The notes under the pieces were generated by a model. The model saw only the letters and a list, made by a program, of their open reading frames with translations. It ran no database searches and was not told the DNA's origin. From NCBI GenBank assembly GCA_016938235.1, contig JAFGVA010000159.1, forward strand, positions 1,296 to 65,295: a stretch of DNA of 64,000 nucleotides, written 5' to 3'. The translations under genes were made by a program, and so were the position numbers. The DNA is from Bacteroidales bacterium. GTDB lineage: Bacteria; Bacteroidota; Bacteroidia; Bacteroidales; UBA10428. Position 1 is the first letter of the stretch; the number at the start of each line of letters is the position of its first letter. This document shows, piece by piece, positions 12,101 to 20,121 of this stretch.

Positions 12101-13861
12101 ACCCAGGTTGATATGAGCTTTGAAATATATGTACAGGTTACAAATGGCAGTGGTTTATCCGATACAGACACACTAATAGTAAATGTAACAAACAATAATC
12201 AGGACCCCATTGCTAGTGCAGGAACAGATATTGAGCAGGACGAAAATACATTGGTTACCCTTGATGGATCGGGCTCTTCTGATCCTCAGACTGATCCAAT
12301 TACATACTCCTGGTCAGCTCCTGTGGGTGTTACATTAAGCAGCAACAACGCGCAATCACCAAGTTTTACTACTCCGGTTGTTTTGAGCGATACTGATTTA
12401 GAATTTATTCTTGTTGTAAGCGATGGAACATATATTTCCGTTGCCGATACGGTTGTCGTTACCGTTAAGAATACGATTCCTGTTGCAGTAGCTGGCGATG
12501 ATGTTACTCTAACAGAAAAATTGTCCGGATCACTGAATGCTGGTTCTTCTTCCGATTTGGGAGATGATATACAATCCTATGAGTGGATTGCAGATGCAGC
12601 GCTTGGTCTTATTGATCCCGATAATGTTACATGTTCGTTTACAGCTCCTGCAGTTGATGCCGATACAAGCTATATGGTTATTCTTGTCGTAACCAACAGC
12701 GATGGACTGTCGGGCAGAGATACACTATATATAAATGTTGAAAACTATATTCCTGCACCGATAGCTGATGCTGGCGATGATGCTTCATATAACGAAGGAG
12801 AAACGGTTATACTTGATGGTACTGGTTCGTCTGATCCTGAAGATAGGGCATTAACATATATATGGTTTTCGGTTGATAATATTGAACTGAATGACAGCAC
12901 CTTATCTCAGCCTTCATTTGACCTGCCGTATGCCAATTCTGATACAAGTTACAGTTTTGTGCTTATAGTAAACAATGGAAGTCTTGATTCTGAAAAGGAT
13001 ACGGTTGTTATTAGTGCTGTTAATTTAGCTCCGGCTGCAAATGCAGGTGCAGATTTTAGTGTGGCTGAGTTAAGTATTGTAAATCTCGATGGCTCATTAA
13101 GTTCGGATAATAACGATGATATAACAACTTATTTATGGACAGTTCCTGCCGGAATAACATTAGCAGCTGCCAACGCCAGTAACACAAGTTTTACTGCCCC
13201 TGAGGTTGAAAGTGATACGGAATATAAAATTGTACTTCAGGTTAGTAACAGTGGAGGGCTTTCAGACAAAGATACCATCACTGTAACTGTTACCAATGTT
13301 AATAAAGCTCCTGTAGCAGATGCCGGAAGCGATATTGAAGCCGCATCAGAAACAACTGTGTCACTGGATGGATCTGGATCTTCTGATTCTGAGGGTTCAA
13401 GTCTGACCTACAGCTGGACATCGCTTGATGGAATTATCCTTTCGGGTGCTGCAACTGTTAATCCACAGTTTATTGTACCTGTTGTTACAGAAGATACTGA
13501 ATTCAGATTCGTTTTAGTTGTTAATGATGGTGAAACAGATTCTAAGCCAGATACGGTAATAGTATTTGTTGATTTTGAAGAGACAAATATTTCATCTCTT
13601 ACTGCTTCGGAGTTAGTTAAAATATCACCAAATCCTGCTCAAAGCTTTGTGTTTATCGACTTAAGTTTGATAGAATCAGGTTCTGAATACCATACTATCA
13701 AAATGTATGATGTAAACGGAAAATTTCTTTCAGCAACTAAAACCGATATGGAGTTAATTAAAGTAACTTTAGATAACAGGGTTCGTTCAGGATTACAAAT
13801 CATTAAAATATTTAATGATCAGGATGAACTGATTTCAATAAACAAACTTATTATAGAATAA
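6107..13861 (+). CDS. Giant T9SS-secreted modular surface protein: N-terminal domain, 4 CBM9-like modules, 15 PKD-like Ig domains, C-terminal T9SS sorting domain
   Basis: Signal peptide MKKSFLILFLALALSAISSLSTKA. A ~210-aa module occurs four times (F..ISDD...YDG...DN.E.Y...DT...RFNRG...W..E..IPW...P.G...IGFD....D.D.....RDAQ.AWD.DG..G.EDNAW..TR.FG); I assign it to CBM9/DOMON-like sugar-binding folds. A ~92-aa module P.A.AG.D......V.LDGSGS.D......Y.W......L.......P.F.AP.......Y.F.L.V.DG...S..DT..V.V occurs 15 times. The C-terminus KISPNPAQSFVFIDL...MYDVNGK...LQIIKIF is Por_Secre_tail-like. Confidence 0.85.
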   Translation: MKKSFLILFLALALSAISSLSTKAVVVFDASTYAGSLPANMSIVNIEGRDYLQVILNGSSQTLMLDSPVDIPVSIDHYLGYYFRYGCHPDSTNSDYRTYIYLNGSSDTYFMDLYCYETFTTFSYINQTESAFTVSSISFQGIYSPTGEYVSGDTILFNQIRTYEKYHEEPLRIMSPISEKTSSITIDGVGSETDYSSSELLLEYFRSSGWDASAADFSGSFKLTYDWDNLYLFADISDDIAVNYDGSGDVWSYDNVEIYLDMDTTITNQGKYIGDERQLRYNRGYDYYTDPAPRNGVSLENFVQADGSGSWQLEVAIPWLAFLPEGTLHEDIFDSIDINAIGFDIHFADNDSDYRDAQLAWDADVEGSGATEDNAWKDTRVFGVLMLANEPTYDALPVANAGNDDVVDENTLVTLDGTSSSDAEAGTLSYLWFPPEGITLSDATIAQPTFDAPEVTETTDFSFGLIINDGVHDSPIDYVIVTVNDISPVADAGPDQVADDGVIVTLDGSGSYDPKGASINYNWTSPAGITLSDPTIAKPTFIMPNPAASNEYVFGLQVDNGSIFSEYDYITVRPTSATGLILPIEKDTSYAFVGNMITLDGYESEAEWSDINIITTPFQSPIGFRGADDLSAYFRTCFNDRAFYVFANISDDTAAYYDGENGGWWDFDAFEVMFNLDTVGIYPDGSYLDDAILIGFNRGYANVSTIIVGSKVDGYDDPELKFAQIENGTGWQIEIEIPWNYILPSGLEPEDIVNYVNTFIGFDIKIDDADTDDPYYPGRDAQLTWDTDGLDGTEDNAWNDTRVFGLMKLIATQTAPNANAGEDFSAYEKETVQLDGSKSFDYQGDEITFSWSSLEGITLFNSNTPYPSFTLPDITASPEQYMFELTVYDGLEYSLPDTITVTSLLELPAANAGEDQIKDDGVLVTLDGSGSSDPDGLPLNYYWIAPDWISLSDNTAEQPTFTMPNPAFASEYIFQLQVDNGTSYSEIDEVSIIPSEALTGLYLPYATTTAEAFAGDSIVLDGVNDEKFWGADIDVDSMFYSNGTHTGDADLKATINVCFNEKAFYIFAGISDDIAINYDPLTSVYPSSYFDNIEVYFNIDTAGIYYSGAYAEDGIYFRFNRGLDGDDGQPSTTKAEGFNDPALDYVQIDNNGSWVVEAEIPWKYILPSGSDATDYINYINAYTGFDVIITDSDYLISSGYARQDARIAWDADGISGQESNATTNVGALGIMQLTSSITKPIANAGNDFIAYEFEDVTLDGTGSFDYQGDAITYEWTSIDGMTLDDNTLSTPSFTIPDLSSNQDYRFSLIVYDGTEYSVSDTVIVHAQVSPPLAYAGTQQIASEGELLTLDGSGSSDPNGLSLTYSWSAPDGIILSDETAVNPTFTAPDTAFVTEYIFSLVVFNGYSYSSPSYVSILTEAGLTNLTLAVYKDSAFGFTGKQIIIDGIANEAGWGELIPITALYNQPYDFYGDMDLSGEFRVAFNEESFFFYGEILDDEAHVWNADGNDTYMYDNLELYFNIDTNGVFETSEYLEDGAQIRFNRGVSLEMMPDPVWDGSSPFKSAGYNNPLINYIVTEQSSGWSVEAELPWKYILPAGALTEDILDYINKSIGFDVTIADSDGSDPDFGERDAQIAWDSDGLDGYEDNAWQNTRTFGVVYLDASDMEPVADAGSDIDVNENEPVTLDGSGSYDVNNKSITYLWNSIDGVTLSSTNSVAPSFTAPIITSDAVYRFGLTVNNGTDDSFADTVEVFVSNTPPVAVAGNDNVVDELESGTLDGSSSSDLGDDIVSYLWYCATDLSFGTPTDATTSFTAPEVIVDEIYEVILTVSNSDGLFDRDTLEITVHDANKPPVGNAGSDFSEDEGVFVTLDGSGSSDSDGDALTYSWTSIDGATISGANSVAPTFTVSTVTSDTEYRFSLIVNDGLTNSEADTVIVTITNTKPVANAGTDININEQETGNLNASGSTDNGNDIVSYLWTSELPIDFADDDAVTTSFTAPATQVDMSFEIYVQVTNGSGLSDTDTLIVNVTNNNQDPIASAGTDIEQDENTLVTLDGSGSSDPQTDPITYSWSAPVGVTLSSNNAQSPSFTTPVVLSDTDLEFILVVSDGTYISVADTVVVTVKNTIPVAVAGDDVTLTEKLSGSLNAGSSSDLGDDIQSYEWIADAALGLIDPDNVTCSFTAPAVDADTSYMVILVVTNSDGLSGRDTLYINVENYIPAPIADAGDDASYNEGETVILDGTGSSDPEDRALTYIWFSVDNIELNDSTLSQPSFDLPYANSDTSYSFVLIVNNGSLDSEKDTVVISAVNLAPAANAGADFSVAELSIVNLDGSLSSDNNDDITTYLWTVPAGITLAAANASNTSFTAPEVESDTEYKIVLQVSNSGGLSDKDTITVTVTNVNKAPVADAGSDIEAASETTVSLDGSGSSDSEGSSLTYSWTSLDGIILSGAATVNPQFIVPVVTEDTEFRFVLVVNDGETDSKPDTVIVFVDFEETNISSLTASELVKISPNPAQSFVFIDLSLIESGSEYHTIKMYDVNGKFLSATKTDMELIKVTLDNRVRSGLQIIKIFNDQDELISINKLIIE
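6620..11100 (+). repeat. In-frame super-modules inside the giant ORF: 4 CBM9-like modules, the first three each followed by two PKD-like domains
   Basis: CBM9-like modules start near 6620, 7825, 9085 and 10360. The anchor P-x-ANAG-x-D recurs near 7295, 8550, 9821 and 11101 (spacings 1255, 1271 and 1280 nt). Copies are diverged at the DNA level but collinear at the protein level. Confidence 0.7.
11101..13570 (+). repeat. Nine tandem ~270-280 bp PKD-like domain repeats alternating between two subtypes (A-B-A-B-A-B-A-B-A)
   Basis: Subtype A (..AG.D......VTLDGSGSSD...D.LTYSWTS.DG) starts near 11101, 11651, 12206, 12752 and 13308. Subtype B (PVA.AG.D.....SG.L..S.S.D.GDDI.SY.W......SFTAP......Y...L.V.NS.GLS..DTL) starts near 11380, 11925, 12478 and 13030. 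Confidence 0.75.
13621..13858 (+). other. T9SS C-terminal sorting domain of the giant protein
   Basis: The last ~80 aa (ISPNPAQSFVFIDL ... IKMYDVNGKFL ... GLQIIKIFNDQDELISINKLIIE) match the usual T9SS CTD pattern (P-N-P, hydrophobic beta strands, D..G.). Confidence 0.75.
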
Positions 13862-13883
13862 GATTGATATACAAATAATTTTT

Positions 13884-13930
13884 ACTCCCCGTTTTGATCC
13901 TGTAAATCAAGATGGGGAGTTTATTTTTGT
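13884..13930. terminator. Bidirectional hairpin between the convergent giant gene and aminotransferase gene
   Basis: ACTCCCC-G-TTTTGAT-CCTGTAA-ATCAAGA-T-GGGGAGT (13884..13920) followed by TTATTTTT. On the other strand the run is A/T-rich upstream. The T-run overlaps the aminotransferase stop codon. Confidence 0.6.
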
Positions 13931-15222
13931 ATCGAATACCTGCAAGCCTCAGCAATCAATTTTACAGCACGTACAAATACTTCATTTTCTTCAAATCCGT
14001 AAGAAATCCTCAGCTGGTATCTGGCTTGAGGTTCTTTACTGCATATTGTTCCGGGAATATAAACCAGTCGGGGATTTTTTTCTTTCACACCGTCAATTTC
14101 AGGTGTTTCTGTTGTTCGGGAGAGGAACTTAAAAAAATCAGAGTCCCTATCTGTTGGTATGTTTTTAAGAGTTATATAGAAATAGAATGCAGCATCGCCA
14201 CCCGAATAGCTTTCAATATATTCTGAAAGATGTTCCTTAAAAAGCTTTTTAATGAAAGTCGATTTTTCCTGGTATCCTTTGTTAACTTTTACTTTTTGTT
14301 TTTCAATGTAATTGTCAAGCAGCCAGCTTGAGATTTCCTGGTTTATGAGCGGAGCACTAAAACCTATATCAGATGTTCTTTGAATCAGGATTTTTGCGAT
14401 ATTTTTGTCCGGGCAAATTGCATAGCCTATTCTCAGTGCAGGTGCAATAATTTTCGACAGAGTTCCAATTTCATATACCTGCTCCAGTTTATCATATTTA
14501 ATGCCCGAAACCGGGTTGGGAATTGCCGGGTTATGTATGATATCCTCATAAGCTTTATCGAAAATAACGGGTATGATTTTACCTGTTTTTTCAGACAGTT
14601 TTTGTGCTAATTTAACTATTGCTTTTCTTCTGTCGTTTGAAAGGATGACTGTTGAAGGGTTGTTAACTGTTACGATATAAAAAAAGCTGATTTTTTCAAT
14701 GTCAACAGATTCAATCGCTTTTTCTAATTCCGTAATAATTATTCCCCGATTGTCTTCGGCTATTGGAAGTATCTCGTATCCCTTTCTCTCCAATGTTTCA
14801 GTGAAAATATAGTAAAAAGGATCAGCTGTTATTACAATACCCGGTTCAAATAAATCAGATAAACTATCTAATAAACTTGTAGCCCCGTTTGCGCCGATTA
14901 CAATTCTTCTGTCTTCAAAATCTGATTGTGACAGTTCTCCGATTGCGTATTTCAGATAATAATTTTTTATTGATCTCCTTAAGTTTGGAGAACCTTCCGA
15001 ACCTCCGTAATTAAGGGCATTGCGGTATTTTTCGGGTTGTTTAATTATATGCTGAAAAGCTTGTAAAATAGCATCTGCAGGAATGGTTTTGTCGTTAACA
15101 TATCCAACACCAAGATTTATATCGGTTCCTTCCCTGAAATCTTCAGCAAACTCGGTAGTTAGCTGATTGACAGCTGAAGGAGTGGTTGAATTTATGCCTA
15201 ACTTTGAGAGCTTTTCTTTCAC
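13921..15222 (-). CDS. PLP-dependent aminotransferase, class I/II fold
   Basis: GANGATSLL, VNNPST, and the PLP-lysine context IGTLSKIIAPALRIGY are typical of class I aminotransferases. GTG start at 15222. Confidence 0.8.
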   Translation of the reverse strand: MKEKLSKLGINSTTPSAVNQLTTEFAEDFREGTDINLGVGYVNDKTIPADAILQAFQHIIKQPEKYRNALNYGGSEGSPNLRRSIKNYYLKYAIGELSQSDFEDRRIVIGANGATSLLDSLSDLFEPGIVITADPFYYIFTETLERKGYEILPIAEDNRGIIITELEKAIESVDIEKISFFYIVTVNNPSTVILSNDRRKAIVKLAQKLSEKTGKIIPVIFDKAYEDIIHNPAIPNPVSGIKYDKLEQVYEIGTLSKIIAPALRIGYAICPDKNIAKILIQRTSDIGFSAPLINQEISSWLLDNYIEKQKVKVNKGYQEKSTFIKKLFKEHLSEYIESYSGGDAAFYFYITLKNIPTDRDSDFFKFLSRTTETPEIDGVKEKNPRLVYIPGTICSKEPQARYQLRISYGFEENEVFVRAVKLIAEACRYSIQK

Positions 15223-15402
15223 TTACCATCATTTTTATTCAAAATAAACGAATAAAAGACTTATAAAAAAGATTATTTCTCATGTAATCAGTCAGGGTCT
15301 CTTACAAGGCTTAAATCTCTGATTCTAATTAATTTGGTTGTTTATACTCACTTAATTGTCAATTATTTTATTCATCTTTGTACCCTATTTAAATACTGTG
15401 AT

Positions 15403-17877
15403 ATGATTAAGGGGGGAGCAGATAAAATCGCGTTGATTTCGGGGGATAACAACATAACCTACAGACAACTGGGAATTTACACCCAACAGTTTTCTGCTTT
15501 GTTTTCCGATATTAAGCCGCAGAGCAGGGTTGGTATATTTTCTGAAAACAGCTTAGAGTGGATTTATACTTTCTATTCAATTCTGAATAATAAGAGTATA
15601 CCCGTGCCAATTGATTTTATGGCCGGCATCGACGATGTTGCCTTTATTGTCAGCGATTGTACTCCAGAGGTAATTTTTTGCTCAAAAGCTAAGCTGACAT
15701 TAATGAAGGAAGCATTGACTCTGGTTAAATATGAGCCAAGACTCATTATTATTGATGATGTAGAAATTAATGACGAGGTAGTTGTTCCTGAGCTGAACAT
15801 TCAATACAATCTTTACGATACCGCTGTGATAATTTACACCAGCGGAACAACCGGAAGTCCGAAAGGCGTTATGTTATCTTTTGACAACCTGATAGCTAAT
15901 GTTGAGGCGGTTAGTGAGAGGGTGCCAATTTATACTCCTTCTGATCGGTTGATGATATTGTTACCCATGCATCATATTTTTCCTTTGCTGGGATCATTAA
16001 TTGCTCCGCTGATGGTTGGAGCTTCAGCCGCGATTTGCCCATCGCTCAATGCTGACGATATTATTAAAACTCTTCAAAGAAATAAAATTACTATTGTAAT
16101 TGGGGTTCCACGGTTATATAGTCTAATCCGAAAAGGAATTATCGATAAAATAAACCAAAAGAAACTGGCCGTTATGCTTTTTAAATTGGCAAAGCGGATA
16201 AATTCACCCAAATTTTCTAAAATAATCTTCAAAGAGATTCACACTAAGTTTGGAGGATCAGTGAAATCTCTGGTTTCGGGAGGTGCTGCACTTGACCCTG
16301 AAGTTGGTAAAGATTTTAAAGCCTTGGGTTTCGATATTCTTGAAGGTTTTGGAATGACAGAATCAGCGCCCATGATTACTTTTACTCGTCCCGGGAAGTT
16401 TAAAGCAGGATCTGCTGGTCAACCCGTACCAGGAGTTAAGGTTGAATCGAGAGATGGTGAAATTGTAGCTTCGGGCAGAAATGTGATGCTTGGCTATTAC
16501 AACAGGCCGGAAGAAACTGCTGAAGTCTTGCGTGACGGATGGCTTTATACTGGCGATTTAGGGCATCTTGATAAGAATGGTTTTTTATTTATCACAGGGC
16601 GTAAAAAAGAGATAATAGTACTTTCGAACGGGAAAAATATTAATCCTAACGAAATAGAATATAAACTTGAAAAGCACGAAGCCGTTCAGGAAGTAGGCGT
16701 TTTTCTGCTTAGCGATAAATTATCGGCTATATTTGTGCCCAATGAGAAGTTTTTGAAGGATAATAAAATTGAAGATTTTAACCTTTATGTAAAGAATGAA
16801 ATCATAAAGCCATTTAACGAAAGAGCTTCTGTATCGAAAAGAATTTTAAAATATTTTATTTCCAGTGATGAGCTTCCCCGCACCCGGTTAAGCAAATTAC
16901 AAAGGTTTAAACTCGAAGAGGTTGCTTTAAATTGTTCCAATATAAAAATCAGGAAGGAGCAGCCGGAGCAAAAACAATTTAAAGAATTAAGTACTTTAAT
17001 CAGTTTTCTCGAGGAACAGCTTGCAACCCAGATTAGCCCCGAAGATATTCTTGCTGAGGATTTGGCAATAGATTCACTTGCCAAAATTACTCTGCTGGTT
17101 TATATTGAAAATACATTCGGAGTTGTTATTGCCGAAGATGGATTAAATGAGTTTAAAACCGTTCACGATCTGGCAAATTATATTCGTGAAAAGAAGACAA
17201 GAATTACTCCGGAATCTATTGACTGGAAAGAAATTCTTAAAGAGAAAATCAATTTTTCACTCCCTAAGGTTGGCCTGTCTTTCAATTTCTTTAATTGGTC
17301 ATACCGGGCACTTTTAAAATCCTTTTTAAGGATAAAAGCTGATGGTGTTACAAATGTTCCCGATGGCCCTTGCATTCTGGTACCTAATCATCAGAGTTTT
17401 CTTGACGGAGTTGTAGTTGCCTCTATTTTGAAGCGCAAAGACATGCAGAAAACTTTCTTCTATGCAAAAGAGAAATACTGGAAAAGATGGTGGCAGAAGT
17501 TTGTTGCAAAAAAGAACAACATAATCCTTATGGATTTGAATTCAGATTTAAAGCTCTCTATTCAGAAAATGGCTGAAGTTTTAAAGAAGGGACGAAAGTT
17601 GGTAATATTTCCTGAAGGCACACGTTCAAAAGACGGTAAATTAGGAGATTTTAAGAAGACCTTTGCAATTCTCTCTCAGGAACTTAACGTACCTATTGTT
17701 CCGGTAGTTATTGATGGAGCGCACAAGGCCTTTCCTGTTGGAGCCAAGTTTCCCAGGCTTTTTAAAAAGGTAAAGGTAAAGTTTTTACCTCCGGTAAATC
17801 CATTAAATCATACTTACGAAACGCTTAAATCTAAAGTTGAAGATTTGGTTTCGTCACATTTGAATAAAGCAGTCTGA
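15403..17877 (+). CDS. Tri-domain fusion: AMP-dependent acyl synthetase/ligase, phosphopantetheine carrier domain, PlsC-type lysophospholipid acyltransferase
   Basis: AMP-binding motifs IIYTSGTTGSPKGV, GFGMTE, YTGDLGHLDKNGFLFITGRKKE. Carrier motif LAIDSLAKITLL (Ser codon at 17074). Acyltransferase motifs NHQSFLDG (H-x4-D) and FPEGTRS. The first ATG in frame is at 15403; the ORF-track TTG at 15334 only adds a hydrophobic junk-like extension. Confidence 0.85.
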   Translation: MIKGGADKIALISGDNNITYRQLGIYTQQFSALFSDIKPQSRVGIFSENSLEWIYTFYSILNNKSIPVPIDFMAGIDDVAFIVSDCTPEVIFCSKAKLTLMKEALTLVKYEPRLIIIDDVEINDEVVVPELNIQYNLYDTAVIIYTSGTTGSPKGVMLSFDNLIANVEAVSERVPIYTPSDRLMILLPMHHIFPLLGSLIAPLMVGASAAICPSLNADDIIKTLQRNKITIVIGVPRLYSLIRKGIIDKINQKKLAVMLFKLAKRINSPKFSKIIFKEIHTKFGGSVKSLVSGGAALDPEVGKDFKALGFDILEGFGMTESAPMITFTRPGKFKAGSAGQPVPGVKVESRDGEIVASGRNVMLGYYNRPEETAEVLRDGWLYTGDLGHLDKNGFLFITGRKKEIIVLSNGKNINPNEIEYKLEKHEAVQEVGVFLLSDKLSAIFVPNEKFLKDNKIEDFNLYVKNEIIKPFNERASVSKRILKYFISSDELPRTRLSKLQRFKLEEVALNCSNIKIRKEQPEQKQFKELSTLISFLEEQLATQISPEDILAEDLAIDSLAKITLLVYIENTFGVVIAEDGLNEFKTVHDLANYIREKKTRITPESIDWKEILKEKINFSLPKVGLSFNFFNWSYRALLKSFLRIKADGVTNVPDGPCILVPNHQSFLDGVVVASILKRKDMQKTFFYAKEKYWKRWWQKFVAKKNNIILMDLNSDLKLSIQKMAEVLKKGRKLVIFPEGTRSKDGKLGDFKKTFAILSQELNVPIVPVVIDGAHKAFPVGAKFPRLFKKVKVKFLPPVNPLNHTYETLKSKVEDLVSSHLNKAV

Positions 17878-17904
17878 TAAAAAATAAAAAGACATACATT
17901 AATA

Positions 17905-17934
17905 AAAAACCCCGGATTGTGTCCGGGGTTTTTC
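17905..17934. terminator. Bidirectional Rho-independent terminator
   Basis: AAAAACCCCGGA-TTGTG-TCCGGGGTTTTT has an A-run and a T-run on either side, so it could serve the fusion gene (+). It could also serve rpoD (-), but lies ~140 nt from the rpoD stop. Confidence 0.8.
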
Positions 17935-18070
17935 TGTTTACCTGTAATCTTTTGCGTGAAACTCAAATTTCAAAAACAACCTGTCCTGCATAATAAATAG
18001 ATGGAAAGTGCTTTGAAATTTGTAAGTTGAACAATCCCCCCAAAGGCGGAGAGTAACATACCTGCATTTT

Positions 18071-18931
18071 TTAACCTAAATAGGTCTTTAAGAGCCTGCT
18101 CTTTGCTCTCTGTCTGAGATGCTTAATTGCTTTTTCTTTTATTTGTCTGGTGCGCTCTCTTGAAATACCAATTGAATCTCCAATTTCTTCGAGCGACATA
18201 GGTTTGCGACCAATGCCATAGAACGCCCTGATTACTTTCCGTTCTTTTTCCGGAAGCGTATTTAAAGTTCTTTCAATTTCTTGTTGTAGCGATTCTTCAA
18301 TTAAAGTCTGATCGGTACTAGGGTTATCAGGATTTGAAAGCACATCAAGCAGACTGTTGTCTTCTCCTTCCTGGAAAGGTGCGTCTACCGACATGTGTCT
18401 TCCTGAAAGTTCCATGGTACTGAAAATCTTTTCCTTTGGCATATCCAGTGCCTCAGCAAGCTCATCGGCTGATGGTTCACGTTCGTGTTCCTGCTCAAGC
18501 TGGCTAAAAGTGCGGTTCATTTTATTGAGCGCCCCGATTTTATTCAGCGGGAGCCGCACAATTCTCGACTGCTCGGCTAAAGCCTGCAGAATACATTGCC
18601 TAATCCACCAAACGGCGTATGATATGAATTTGAATCCTTTTGTTTCATCAAATTTTTGTGCCGCTTTTATCAATCCCAGGTTACCTTCATTAATTAAATC
18701 AGGAAGGCTAAGCCCCTGATGCTGATATTGCTTTGCTACAGAAACAACAAATCTAAGGTTGGCCTTGGTTAACTTCTCAAGCGCAACCTGATCTCCTTTT
18801 TTTATCCTCCGGGCCAATTCAACTTCTTCTTCAGGAGTTATAAGTTCCTCTTTACCAATATCATGTAAATATTTCTCTAAAGAGTCACTGTTCCGGTTTG
18901 TTATTGATTTTGTAATTTTTAACTGCCTCAT
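18071..18931 (-). CDS. rpoD: Primary RNA polymerase sigma factor (Bacteroidota-type short sigma-70)
   Basis: 286 aa, the size of Bacteroidota SigA. Region 2 [15 protein letters not shown]; region 4.2 [29 protein letters not shown]. Confidence 0.9.
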   Translation of the reverse strand: MRQLKITKSITNRNSDSLEKYLHDIGKEELITPEEEVELARRIKKGDQVALEKLTKANLRFVVSVAKQYQHQGLSLPDLINEGNLGLIKAAQKFDETKGFKFISYAVWWIRQCILQALAEQSRIVRLPLNKIGALNKMNRTFSQLEQEHEREPSADELAEALDMPKEKIFSTMELSGRHMSVDAPFQEGEDNSLLDVLSNPDNPSTDQTLIEESLQQEIERTLNTLPEKERKVIRAFYGIGRKPMSLEEIGDSIGISRERTRQIKEKAIKHLRQRAKSRLLKTYLG

Positions 18932-19179
18932 AATACATTAAAAAAAAAATTATCAGTCTACCATATTCACATTAAAAACAAATATAAGTGCAAAAAGTTG
19001 GCAGGTGTTTGCACATATAACGGGTAAAATTATCGAAATAGTCTTAAAAGCAGAGCAATTTAACATTTTTTATGACGCGATTCAAGACCCTCCAGCAATT
19101 ATTTAGTCTTAATCCAGATAAACATGATTTTTCAATATAAACTATCGATAAAAAGTTAGTTTATTTGTTTTCAATAATC

Positions 19180-20121
19180 ATGTTTATGAAAGAGACAAAC
19201 AATGGATTGGGGTTAACGTATTTTTTCCTTGTTTTAGCAATGATTTGCTGGGGATTAAGTTTTGTGTGGTATAAACTTGCACTGGTTCATTTCAGGCCGA
19301 TTTCTCTGGTGTTGGCACGTCTGATTTTCTCTTTTCCCTTGTTAATGCTTTCGGCCTTATTAATGAAGCGCTTAAATAAAATTAACAGGAAAGATATTCC
19401 TAATTTTATGTTGCTTGCCTTATTCGAACCTTTTCTTTACTTCATGGGCGAAAGTTTTGGAATGCAATACGTTTCGTCAACAGTTGCTTCAATACTAATT
19501 GCCACTATCCCGATTTTCACTTCTGTTTTGGCATATTTCATTTACAAAGAAAAACTTACAGCAAACAATTATTTTGGTGTTATGTTATCATTTGCCGGAG
19601 TTCTCATTGTTATTTTTGCTGATAGCAGGGGTTTTTCTGCTTCCTGGCTGGGAATTCTCCTCATGCTGGTTGCCGTTTTTTCGGGTATGTGGTATGGCTT
19701 TTCAATTAAACGTATTGGTGGTAAATACAATTCTTTAACAATTGTTTCGGTACAAAATCTAATTGGAACAATATACTTTCTGCCTTTCTTTTTTATTTTC
19801 GATTTTAACGAAGTGATATCAAAAAAATGGACTTTTGAGATGCTGCTGCCAATGCTCTATCTCTCTTTGTTTGCAAGCACCATTGCCTATATTGGATTTA
19901 TACAGGGATTGCGAAAACTTGGTGTTTCCAAAGCTACAGTATTTGCTAATTTTATTCCTGTATTTACAGCAGTTTTTGCGTTTTTTATTTTGGGAGAACC
20001 AATTACCTTTTTTAAAATTGCAGGAATTATTTTGGTAATTGCCGGCTTAATTATGGCGCAAGCTTCCAATCGCCGGAGACTGAAAAAGCCAGAAGAAATA
20101 ATACTTGATGAGCGCTACTAG
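19180..20121 (+). CDS. EamA/DMT-family transporter
   Basis: About 10 predicted TM helices in two halves, each resembling an EamA repeat. The first ATG is at 19180 (alternative 19186); the ORF-track start at 19165 is TTG. Confidence 0.75.
   Translation: MFMKETNNGLGLTYFFLVLAMICWGLSFVWYKLALVHFRPISLVLARLIFSFPLLMLSALLMKRLNKINRKDIPNFMLLALFEPFLYFMGESFGMQYVSSTVASILIATIPIFTSVLAYFIYKEKLTANNYFGVMLSFAGVLIVIFADSRGFSASWLGILLMLVAVFSGMWYGFSIKRIGGKYNSLTIVSVQNLIGTIYFLPFFFIFDFNEVISKKWTFEMLLPMLYLSLFASTIAYIGFIQGLRKLGVSKATVFANFIPVFTAVFAFFILGEPITFFKIAGIILVIAGLIMAQASNRRRLKKPEEIILDERY

Noticed and set aside
6620-13570. Periodic ~275-bp and ~1.27-kb repeats considered as a CRISPR array or satellite
   Set aside because: The repeats are in frame within one uninterrupted 7.7-kb ORF and are conserved at the protein level rather than the DNA level. 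There is no short identical repeat / unique spacer organisation.
13912-14226. 104-aa plus-strand ORF
   Set aside because: It starts inside the terminator hairpin and runs antisense to the aminotransferase C-terminus. No support.
15334-15402. TTG-initiated 23-codon N-terminal extension of the acyl-synthetase fusion
   Set aside because: The extension (VVYTHLIVNYFIHLCTLFKYCD) does not resemble AMP-binding N-termini. The first ATG at 15403 gives a typical start (MIKGGADKIALI...).
17940-18070. Inverted 11-mers CAAATTTCAAA / TTTGAAATTTG downstream of rpoD, considered as a structured RNA
   Set aside because: AT-only stem with a ~50-nt unstructured loop and no T-run. Nothing else supports an RNA gene, and it is probably incidental.
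18357-18719. 120-aa plus-strand ORF
   Set aside because: Antisense to the conserved core of rpoD. Ser-rich shadow ORF.
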